Of a stretch of 33,500 nt of DNA, positions 19,288-30,427 are shown piece after piece. Below the pieces are notes generated by a model. It was not told where the DNA came from. It saw only the letters and a program-made list of their open reading frames with translations, and did no database searches. The stretch lies in contig JAUCBJ010003623.1 in the NCBI GenBank assembly GCA_032718475.1, forward strand, positions 1 to 33,500, given 5' to 3'. Within the stretch, counting starts at the first letter, position 1, and each line of letters opens with the position of its first letter. The stretch is from Nemertoderma westbladi. Lineage: Eukaryota; Animalia; Xenacoelomorpha. The translations under genes were made by a program, and so were the position numbers.

Positions 19288-22200
19288 GTTCACGATCAAC
19301 CACGTAAGTCTCTACTTCGTTTAGCCATAAGTTCTGGATCAACCACGTAAGTCTCCACTTCGTTTATCCATAAGTTCACGATCAACCACGTAAGTCTCCA
19401 CTTGTTTAGCCATAAGTTCACGATCAACCACGTAAGGCTCCACTTCGTTTAGCAATAAGTTCACAATCAACCACGTAATTATCCACTTGTTTAGCCATAA
19501 ATTCACTATGAACCACGTTATTCTCCACTTCGTTTAGCCATAAGTTAACGATCAACCACGTAAGTCTCCACTTGTTTAGCCATAAGTTCACGATCAACCA
19601 CGTAAGTCTCCACTTGTTTACCCATAAGTTCACGATCAACCACGTAAGTCTCCACTTGTTTAGCCATAAGTTCACGATCAACTACGTAATTATCCACTTT
19701 GTTTAGCAATAAGTTCACGATCAGCCACGTAAGTCTCCACTTGTTTAGCCATAAGTTCACGATCTACCACGTAAGTCTCCACTTGTTTACCCATAAGTTC
19801 ACGATCAACCACGTAAGTCTCCACTTGTTTAGCCATAAGTTCACGATCAACCACGTAAGTCTCCACTTGTTTACCCATAAGTTCACGATCAACCACGTAA
19901 GTCTCCACTTGTTTAGCCATAAGTTCACGATCAACTACGTAATTATCCACTTTGTTTAGCAATAAGTTCACGATCAACCACGTAAGTCTCCACTTGTTTA
20001 GCCATAAGTTCACGATCAACTACGTAAGTCTCCACTTGTTTAGCCATAAATTCACGATCAACCACGTAAGTCTCCACTTGTTTAGCCTTAAGTTCACGAT
20101 CAACCGCGTAAGTCTCCACTTGTTTAGCCATAAGTTAACGATAAACAACGTAAGTCTCCACTTGTTTAGCCATAAGTTCACGATCAACTACGTAATTCTC
20201 CACTTTGTTTAGCATTAAGTTCACGATCAACCACGTAAGTCTCAACTTCGTTTAGCAATAAGTTCACGATCAACCACGTAAGTCTCCACTTGTTTAGCCA
20301 TAAGTTCACGATCAACCACGTAAGTCTCCACTTGTTTAGCCATAAGTTCACGATCAACCACGTAAGTCTCCACTTGTTTAGCCATAAGTTCACGATCAAC
20401 TACGTAATTCTCCACTAAGTTTAGCAATAAGTTCACGATCAGCCACGTAAGACTCCACTTGTTTAGCCATAAGTTCACGATCAACCACGTAAGTCTCCAC
20501 TTGTTTAGCCATAAGTTCACGAACAACTACGTAAGTCTCCACTTGTTTAGCCATAAGTTTACGATCAACCACGTAAGTCTCCACTTGTTTAGCCATAAGT
20601 TCACGATCAACCACGTAAGTCTCCACTTGTTTAGCCATAAGTTCACGAACAACTACGTAAGTCTCCACTTGTTTAGCCATAAGTTCACGATCAACCACGT
20701 AAGTCTCCACTTCGTTTAGCCATAAGTTCACGATCTACCACGTAAGTCTCAACTTTGTTTAGCAATAAGTTCACGATCAACCACTTAAGTATCCACTTGT
20801 TTAGCCATAAGTTCACGATCAACCACGTAAGTCTCCACTTGTTTAGCCATAAGTTCACGATCAACTACGTAAGTCTCCACATGTTTAGCCATAAGTTCAC
20901 GATCAACCACGTAAGTCTCCACTTCGTTTATCCATAAGTTCACGATCAACCACGTAAGTCTCCACTTGTTTAGCCATAAGTTCACGATCAACTACGTAAG
21001 TCTCCACTTGTTTAGCCATAAGTTCACGATCAACTACGTAAGTCTCCACTTGTTTAGCCATAAGTTCACGATCAACCACGTAAGGCTCCACTTCGTTTAG
21101 CAATAAGTTCACGATCAACCACGTAAGTCTCCACTTCGTTTATCCATAAGTTCACGATCAACCACGTAAGTCTCCACTTGTTTACCCATAAGTTCACGAT
21201 CAACCACGTAAGTATCCAATTGTTTAGCCATAAGTTCACGATTAACTACGTAATTCTCCACTTTGTTTAGCAATAAGTTCACGATCAACCACGTAAGTCT
21301 CCACTTCGTTTAGCCATAAGTTCACGATCAACCACGTAAGGCTCCATTTCGTTTAGCAATAAGTTCACAATCAACCACGTAATTCTCCACTTGTTTAGCC
21401 ATAAATTCACTATGAACCACGTTAATCTCCACTTCGTTTAGCCATAAGTTAACGATCAACCACGTAAGTCTCCACTTGTATAGCCATAAGTTCACGATCA
21501 ACTACGTAAGTCTCCACTTGTTTAGCCATAAGTTCACGATCAACTACGTAAGTCTCCACTTGTTTAGCCATAAGTTCACGATCAACCACGTAAGTCTCCA
21601 CTTGTTTAGCCATAAGTTCACGATCAACCACGTAAGTCTCCACTTGTTTAGCCATAAGTTCACGATTAACTACGTAATTCTCCACTTTGTTTAGCAATAA
21701 GTTCACGATCAGCCACGTAAGTCTCCACTTGTTTAGCCATAAGTTCACGATCAACCACGTAAGTCTCCACTTCGTTTAGCCATAAGTTCACGATCTACCA
21801 CGTAAGTCTCAACTTCGTTTAGCAATAAATTCACGATCAACCACGTAAGTCTCCACTTGTTTAGCCATAAGTTCACGATCAACCACGTAAGTCTCCACTT
21901 GTTTACCCATAAGTTCACGATCAACCACGTAATTCTCCACTTGTTTAGCCATAAGTTCACGATCAACCACGTAAGTCTCCACTTCTTTAGCCATAAGTTC
22001 ACGATCAACTACGTAATTCTCCACTCTGTTTAGCAATAAGTTCACGATCAGCCACGTAAGTCTCCACTTGTTTAGCCATAAGTTCACGATCAACTACGTA
22101 AGTATCCACTTGTTTAGCCATAAGTTCACGATCAACCACGTAAGTCTCCACTTGTTTAGCCTTAAGTTCACGATCAACCACGTAAGTCTCCTTTTGTTTA

Positions 22201-24176
22201 GCCATAAGTTCACGATAAACAACGTAAGTCTCCACTTGTTTAGCCATAAGTTCACGATCAACTACGTAATTCTCCACTTTGTTTAGCAATAAGTTCACGA
22301 TCAACCACGTAAGTCTCCACTTCGTTTAGCCATAACTTCACGATCAACCACGTAAGTCTCAACTTCGTTTAGCAATAAGTTCACGATCAACACGTAAGTC
22401 TCCACTTGTTTAGCCATAAGTTCACGATCAACCACGTAAGTCTCCACTTGTTTAGCCATAAGTTCACGATCAACCACGTAAGTCTCCACTTGTTTAGCCA
22501 TAAGTTCCCGATCAACCACGTAAGTCTCCACTTCGTTTAGCCATAAGTTCACGATCTACCACGTAAGTCTCAACTTCGTTTAGCAATAAGTTCACGATCA
22601 ACCACGTAAGTCTCCACTTGTTTAGCCATAAGTTCACGATCAACCACGTAAGTCTCCACTTGTTTAGCCATAAGTTCACGATCAACTACGTAAGTCTCCA
22701 CTTGTTTAGCCATAAGTTCACTATCAAGCACGTAAGTCTCCACTTGTTTAGCCATAAGTTCACGATCAACTACGTAAGTCTCCACTTGTTTAGCCATAAG
22801 TTCACGATCAACCACGTAAGTCTCCACTTCGTTTAGCCATAAGTTCACGATCTACCACGTAAGTCTCAACTTCGTTTAGCAATAAATTCACGATCAACCA
22901 CGTAAGTCTCCACTTGTTTAGCCATAAGTTCACGATCAACCACGTAAGTCTCCACTTGTTTACCCATAAGTTCACGATCAACCACGTAATTCTCCACTTG
23001 TTTAGCCATAAGTTCACGATCAACCACGTAAGTCTCCACTTCTTTAGCCATAAGATCACGATCAACTACGTAATTCTCCACTCTGTTTAGCAATAAGTTC
23101 ACGATCAGCCACGTAAGTCTCCACTTGTTTAGCCATAAGTTCACGATCAACTACGTAAGTATCCACTTGTTTAGCCATAAGTTCACGATCAACCACGTAA
23201 GTCTCCACTTGTTTAGCCTTAAGTTCACGATCAACCACGTAAGTCTCCACTTGTTTAGCCATAAGTTCACGATAAACAACGTAAGTCTCCACTTGTTTAG
23301 CCATAAGTTCACGATCAACTACGTAATTCTCCACTTTGTTTAGCAATAAGTTCACGATCAACCACGTAAGTCTCCACTTCGTTTAGCCATAACTTCACGA
23401 TCAACCACGTAAGTCTCAACTTCGTTTAGCAATAAGTTCACGATCAACACGTAAGTCTCCACTTGTTTAGCCATAAGTTCACGATCAACCACGTAAGTCT
23501 CCACTTGTTTAGCCAGAAGTTCACGATCAACCACGTAAGTCTCCACTTGTTTAGCCATAAGTTCACGATCAACCACGTAAGTCTCCACTTCGTTTAGCCA
23601 TAAGTTCACGATCTACCACGTAAGTCTCAACTTCGTTTAGCAATAAGTTCACGATCAACCACGTAAGTCTCCACTTGTTTAGCCATAAGTTCACGATCAA
23701 CCACGTAAGTCTCCACTTGTTTAGCCATAAGTTCACGATCAACTACGTAAGTCTCCACTTGTTTAGCCATAAGTTCACTATCAAGCACGTAAGTCTCCAC
23801 TTGTTTAGCCATAAGTTCACGATCAACTACGTAAGTCTCCACTTGTTTAGCCATAAGTTCACGATCAACTACGTAAGTCTCCACTTGTTTAGCCATAAGT
23901 TCACGATCAACTACGTAAGTCTCCACTTGTTTATCCATAAGTTCACGATCAACTACGTAAGTCTCCACTTGTTTAGCCATAAGTTCACGATCTACCACGT
24001 AAGTCTCAACTTCGTTTAGCAATAAGTTCACGATCAACCACGTAAGTCTCCACTTGTTTAGCCATAAGTTCACGATCAACTACGTAAGTCTCCACTTGTT
24101 TAGCCATAAGTTCACGATCAACTACGTAAGTCTCCACTTGTTTAGCCATAAGTTCACGATCAACTACGTAAGTCTC
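19288..24176. repeat. 42-bp satellite, about 115 monomers
   Basis: Consensus GTTCACGATCAACCACGTAAGTCTCCACTTGTTTAGCCATAA with 43-bp and rare 41-bp variants. Confidence 0.98.
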
Positions 24177-24580
24177 TAAGTATGTACATAATATTTATAA
24201 TTATCTGTACGTAATACTTAATTAGTATTTGTTTGTTTATTTATTTATATCTGTTTATTTTAATACCATCTGCTCCTGTACTAACGATTATGTATTAATG
24301 AAAAACAAAAAATAATAATTATTTATATATTAGACTTCATGAGATTTTTTTACAATCTTATTTAAACTACTGATTGTTTCAAGGAAAGTTAATAGGTAAA
24401 CCCAGTCAGTATATTACCTAGACAACAGTAATATAGTACCGGTAAGCCTTGAAGAGTTACTGTAGCTCAATGAGAAGACCTAGCACACAGCAAATAGCCT
24501 ATTGAATAATATATAATAATATATTATAGACACACTCTGTAGACACAGTTATTCTGCAGAGCTTCCTGTCTCCTGACTGT

Positions 24581-26141
24581 GGGGCGAGCCACGAAGTGAG
24601 TGAGCCTTAGCGTAGTGGTACCATTAATCAACCTGTCGTTCTGTCGTTCTGTCGTTCTGTCGTTCTGTCGTTCTGTCGTGTTCAATTTTAAACGTTAATA
24701 ACTCGGCCAATCTTTGATGAAATCTATCCAAACTTGGTACACATGTTGTTTGGCAAAAGTTTAGAAATTTTCCAAGTAGAATTTCCGTGTGGCCTTCGAG
24801 AAGCTAAGATAATAGCAGTTAATTAGTTAATTAAGTTGATTGCGGTGAAAACGCCATTTTCAACCTGCCTTTTAAAGGAAATTAATTGTTTTACAGTATA
24901 AGATTTAAATAATTATACTTAAAAATTATACAGATATAATCCCCATACGCCATTCTATTATAGTTTTTAATTAGTTTAAGTGATTTGCTTTAATAAATGT
25001 GTCTTTAATTGATCTAAACGTAATTAAACCGCACAATTATTGAGTACAAATTTAATCCTTCCCATTATTGGTCAAGTCTCTGCTGGTGTGGAGCTAGCTG
25101 CTGGGAGTTGTGGCTGTAGACTAACCTGAGAGGAATTGTAATAGAGGCAACCAGTATTGCTATTCCAGCCCAATCACTGAATTGTGTTTATTATAGGCTG
25201 GACGGGCCGCATAACCGTTCGACTATTACTACTATTGCTATCTCAGTTAATGACAGATATAATAACATAAATACAATCCATGGCATGGCTGTTGTAGGCT
25301 TCTGAAATAGTTTATTCCACAATGTATATGTCTGGTTATTTTTTAATTGAATTTTTGCAAAGTAGTAAAATTAATGTTCTTAAAAATAATATTATTATTT
25401 TATATGTAACCTAGGAAATTAGCTACATTTTTTCGCTGCAGCTTTAAGAGTGTACATTGATTTAATATTATTTCAATACCCATATTACTACATCGGCATA
25501 AGATGCGTTGGCGTTGTATCACACATCTCCACATATCACACATCTCCACATAGATGTATCAACAGTTACTCGCACAGTTTCGAAACTTCGCATAGTTATA
25601 ACTGTATAAAGATCGTCAGTCTGCGTTTAGGAAAAATATTTTATGACAAAACAGGACAAGCGACGAGCGCAACGAGGCATATAATGAAGACGAGTACTGC
25701 GTTGACTAAATTATTATATAAACCACCTGGCTTCACATATTGATCGCATCCCTAGTTATTATTATTATAAAGATCGTCCTAGCTTGCGTTTAAGAAATAT
25801 ATTTAAATACAAAACAGGACGAACGCAAAGAGGCTTATAATGAAAACGAGTACTGCGTTTATTATATTCCTATAAACCACCTGGCTTTGCATATTTAACG
25901 TGCGATTGGAAATAAGTTCGTGCTACCCTTCCGTGGGTGGTAGATGTCGCGGTTATGTATTGGTGGTTGGGAAGGGTGGGGGGGGGGGGAGATTAAAAGG
26001 GGTGAACACGTACTGTCCACCTTTCTTTGATTGATTGGTGGTGTGGGTAAATTTCTCAAAACCTGATTTTGTGATACAGTCGCTGCATTTTAATTTGTAT
26101 ATAATAACTAGGCCTCGTGCTGCGCGAAGTCCCCACGAACG
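24581..26141 (+). mobile_element. Helentron/DINE-1-like non-autonomous element, copy 2
   Basis: GGGGCGAGC start, (CTGTCGTT)n at 24633-24678, AAACTTGGTACACATG core, end CTCGTGCTGCGCGAAGTCCCCACGAACG; flanked by TGT on both sides. Confidence 0.72.
25595..25897. repeat. Diverged ~150-bp tandem duplication
   Basis: TATAAAGATCGTC...CAAAACAGGAC...TATAATGAA.ACGAGTACTGCGTT...TATAAACCACCTGGCTT occurs twice. Confidence 0.85.
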
Positions 26142-26559
26142 TGTCCTAGGAAGCTTACTGGATGGGCTACCGTGCGTGCGTACGTAGTGTGTTGAATTGG
26201 CCTCTTTACTAAGCAATATTCATAAAGAGTTTTTCACAACTAAATATATTTGGTTTCTGGAGTCAGACGTCGTGGTAGTTACTGAGCAAGATGTCTTATT
26301 CCGCCACCCATCTCGTTCAGATGATCTTTAAGTTGGTGCAACTGGAAAGAAAATAAATATTCCGGTAAACATGCTAGGTAGGTAACAATGAAACTGAAAC
26401 AATCGTTATATTTTATTAGAAAATAAACACTCTATGAAACTGAACACTTCAAGTAACCAAAATAAAAGACCAAAATTATGAGAAACATGCGTAGTATCTT
26501 TGGTTCTTAAATTTGGTGAGGTTGCTTATTTTGGAAGACACAGATGTGCATTGATTACC

Positions 26560-26755
26560 AAATAGTGCTGTTATTGCACCTGACTGCGTAGGCCTGCAAT
26601 CTATTGGTTGTAGGTTCGAGCCCCGTCATGTTTCACTCAGTCTTTCATCCAATGGTGTCGATAAAATGAGGTCCAGTTTTATTACTGGGTAAAAACTTTG
26701 GGATAGGAGTAGCGCCCATCCCTAGAGAGGTGTTGAGCCTTCGGGGCCTTTTTTT
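26560..26755 (+). mobile_element. Degenerate tRNA-derived SINE
   Basis: B-box GGTTCGAGCCC at about 26613, followed by ACTCAGTCTTTCATCC...GTCGATAAAATGAG..CCAG, a central block resembling that of several animal SINE families; boundaries approximate. Confidence 0.6.
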
Positions 26756-27763
26756 AGTTCCTGATAATTCATGTGAAATATAACCTCATAATTCACCATT
26801 CTACTTTAATAGGCAAACAATTTCACCAGGTATCGCCATTCCTTAAAGCGTTTAGAACACTTTTAGCTGAAGTGAATGTGTACATTATTTAAAATGCATT
26901 GCGTATTCCCCCCTGCAGCGTTTGGAAGAACTTCGAAAATACTTATGTACACTAGTGCAACCAACTCTAGCAATTCCTTACGCAGTTTCAATATCAAATG
27001 AATTCGTTTGATTCAAACCTTTCCCATTAATCCTCCAATTTTCAGCCATTATTAAGTGGTTTGAGGAATATCGACACTTAGAATGAAGTTAAGTTATATA
27101 TTTGAGGAGAATCGTGTCCTTCCTTCTGATGTGACTGGAATTATATATCATTGACGATGCGAAGGTGCTCGTGGGTAAACTTGTATATTTGTATACTACT
27201 GGTACTGTAGAGGAATATTTCTTTAATCTCAAAGCACTTAATTAGTGTTTTTAAATATTGGATGTTTTTGAGACTAGTGAATGAGTGAATGAGACAAGTT
27301 TGAATCCAGCACGTATATGGCGGTAATATCGAGCAAATATCTGCAACAAAAATATATTATCGAAGTTAGATCTAAAAAGTGAATTCCGCCAGCTGTTGTT
27401 ATACGAGGAGTTGTTGTCATCTTACTGTGTTTCACATTGATGGGAACCTAAAGCCATACATAACACTGACAATGGGCAGCATATTTCGGCTTCTGAAGCT
27501 CTTCACAGGGCATTGTAGAGTATTTGTGAATAATATTTATCTCTATGTTTTCCATGATGACATAATTATTGTTGCACCAACAAAAATGAGAATAATGAGG
27601 TGCAAGAGATGCAGCAGGAGATGCAGCTTATCTCAAACTAGAAAAATGTGTCTTCTGTTGCCCTATCATCATCTTTATGATTCATGCTCCCACTTTATCC
27701 ATAGCCTATCTTTTGAATTTTTTTAGAAAAATTCTCAAAAGATGAGACTTCGGTGTACCAAGA

Positions 27764-28260
27764 AACTATCGTGGAAACAGCGGTTTCCTTGTGGTTGCCG
27801 CCAAATTATACAGCAAAATATTCTATATTGAATTAGAGCTCATGTAGAGATGTATAAGAGCCAAATTGGATTTCTGCTAAATAGATCAACAATAGCGAGA
27901 AACTAGCAACAATTAATAGTGGAGATTGGTTGAAGGAATTCAAACAATGATCCTTCATACAGTTCTGACCTTTGTAAACTTCAAGAAAGCAGAAATATCA
28001 TAAGACTTTATGGACACCAGAAGAAAAGGTAGCTGGAATTGAATTGTTATATTCTCTACTACTATGATTGGCCTGCAGCATTGAAGCTGCACATTGATAT
28101 GCTATGCCTGCTTAACAAAAATATTTTTGGCCCCACCATGTAATCCAGAATTGGCATGAGATGCCGGCTATGCCAAGAACTCTCACCTCACCAGGATGAT
28201 GATGCTGAAACAATCCTTGCTGGTGTACTGCAAGACGACACATTGGCTCCATTACTGTTT
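27764..28260 (+). pseudogene. RTE-clade LINE RT fragment, 5' part
   Basis: Degenerate NYRG...VAAKLY, QIGF...RST, LTFVNFKKA, ILAGVLQDDTLAPLLF. Confidence 0.72.
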
Positions 28261-29496
28261 TAATTTACAAAAATAAAATACATAATACATAAAATAACGA
28301 GTAAAGTCAAAGTTCAGTGAACAATAACAAGGGAGTGTGGTGCAATATGACACAAATAATATTGTTGAAATTGTAAGATTAAAATATTTAAACAATAGTA
28401 GGTACAGTTGTGGAGATTATTGATTTTATTGCACACAAGATAAAGCATCGGTATATAAAAATACGATCCTATAATATAAGCTATAAGCCCCAGTTCGATG
28501 GTTCTTAGATCAACTAAACGTTTCGTTCGGGTTTTAATTTGTAAAAATCCAGTAGTACAGCATGCTTCGCTACGAAGTTTCCAATGGGACAGTTGAGTAA
28601 GCTCCTAACATATAATACTGCATATTGTTCTTTAGGGGTCCTGGTACAGAAATTATCTTTCACACCCTGCTTTATTATACATTTAATGCTGTACCGACTA
28701 GTCGATAGTGAGGTGATGGATGGTAGTCCCAGCTCCCATGCAGCCATGTTGTAAGTTGCAAATACTGGACATTCATAGCTTCCAGACAGATGGTTGCACT
28801 GCAGATATGTTGTCAGGAATATTAGTTTGCGGTTCTCGCAGTTGAACATATTGTATAGGAGAGCTAGGTTTTTCATTAGAAGGTGAGACCTGAGATCACC
28901 TTGCCTCATTAGGGATTCTATAGCGTAATTGGAGATATAGTTGCCACATTTGAGGATTCTCCTGATATCTTTATGCAATATGTCTATAACCTTAACTATC
29001 ACTAAGTTGCTGCGAGTGCTTATTCCATATAAGACTGCGGGTGTACACACATGCTTCCAGATCTTTGCTATTACGTCAAGGGGAACTTCATGAATCCCAA
29101 AACCCTTAGTACTGAGGCGGTTGAGTTGGATGTAAGTTTTAGCTTGTATGCATTTTATAATATTGTCCTTTGTACAGGGTAAAGGTAGTCCTAGGTATAT
29201 ACAGCGTTTGCAAGAAGAGAAAATATTCCAATGCTATCTATTTTTAATTCATCCCCGGTGATAGTTTCCCCATCCGAGCCAAAAACCAGTCTGTATTTCC
29301 TATATTTGTATTCAGGTGAAGGTTATGTCCTTTGAAGAAATTACAGCTGATGTTAGCCATTTAGATTAGGTCACTCTTCAAGTTGGCCAATAGTATAATA
29401 TCGTCGGCGTAACCAACTATTCCATAAGATTCTGACGCTAGGTGGACTCCAAGTCACGAGTTTTCAATGTTAGTAAACAGCTTTGTTGTAAACAGC
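28261..29496 (-). mobile_element. Decayed LINE 3' fragment (RTEX-like) inserted into the RTE fragment
   Basis: Minus strand GIVGYADDIILL at about 29385-29425, CIYLGLP, KIWKHVCTPAVLYG leading into ORF 28514-29050, then AT-rich 3' sequence. Clade call tentative. Confidence 0.7.
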
Positions 29497-29715
29497 TTTA
29501 TCTTCTTGGATAACGCGCGGATAGCCACATTATGTACCCCACTACAAGAACGTAGAAGTAGCAGAAATCCTGATCATATAGTCACAGACACTGACTTTGC
29601 GCTGACATCGCCCTGCTTTCTAATATGATAGCAGATCGCAGATGCACCACTTCTCCTGAACATAGCAGAAAGGGCTGTAGAGGAGGTTGGATTGCATATA
29701 AATGCTAACTGCAAA
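29497..29715 (+). pseudogene. RTE-clade LINE RT fragment, 3' continuation
   Basis: FIFLD, RRSSRNP..VTDTDFA(-)DIALLS, VGLHINA resume where the 27764-28260 piece stops. Confidence 0.72.
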
Positions 29716-30427
29716 GTGAAATATAACGGCAGGAAGTCTGGTATTCTTCACATGGCCATGTTTTTACCTCAGTTAATTTTTATTGTGATGTATTTTTTCT
29801 TGAAATCTTGAAATAATTGATCAGAAAGGCGCTGTGTACAAATTATTATTATTGAACTTTGGAGAATAGAAATTGGGACAACCTACCAAGGAGAATTGAG
29901 GCGAATAATTCAATTTATCTGTTTCTAGCGAAACGATTATTTCAAAAATGAACTATAGGCCACTTACCATACCATTACCCATAACAATATAAAAAAATAT
30001 TATGTTACGTTACATTACGTTACCATAGATTGTGTTGTGTATCCCTATGGCGTGGTGCTGATATTATTGCTGTATAATATTACAACCACGGTTGTTTGGT
30101 TTCTTTTGATGACGTTTGCTAACTTTTTAAAAGACAGAAATACAAAACAAATTATTTTCTGGCAAATATAGATTTTACTCCCTTACTTTGCATAGATTAT
30201 AATTAGATCTTGAAAACGGAGTCCCTAAACTTACCTTTGAAAGGCAGTATAGTGACTAATTTATGTCACACTAAATTGGTTGGTTGTAACATAATAATTG
30301 GTCTTAATCCTAAGCTTAGACGATACTAATAGCAACGATTACGAATTTGATCATGTGCGTCTAGATTTATCTCTGTCATACTATCATTGATCCACCGTCA
30401 ATGGAAGTGCCTAATTCACAGATTATA

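Noticed and set aside
19288-24176. Many ORFs (VETYVVDRELMAKQ, WRLTWLIVNLWLNK, FSHKFTINHVSLHL) suggesting a repeat protein
   Set aside because: A by-product of a 42-bp unit; frequent 43- and 41-bp monomers break every frame, and ORFs appear on both strands.
25936-25952. CTCF-like motif GGTAGATGTCGC
   Set aside because: Only the 3' half resembles the consensus; not supportable without a matrix scan.
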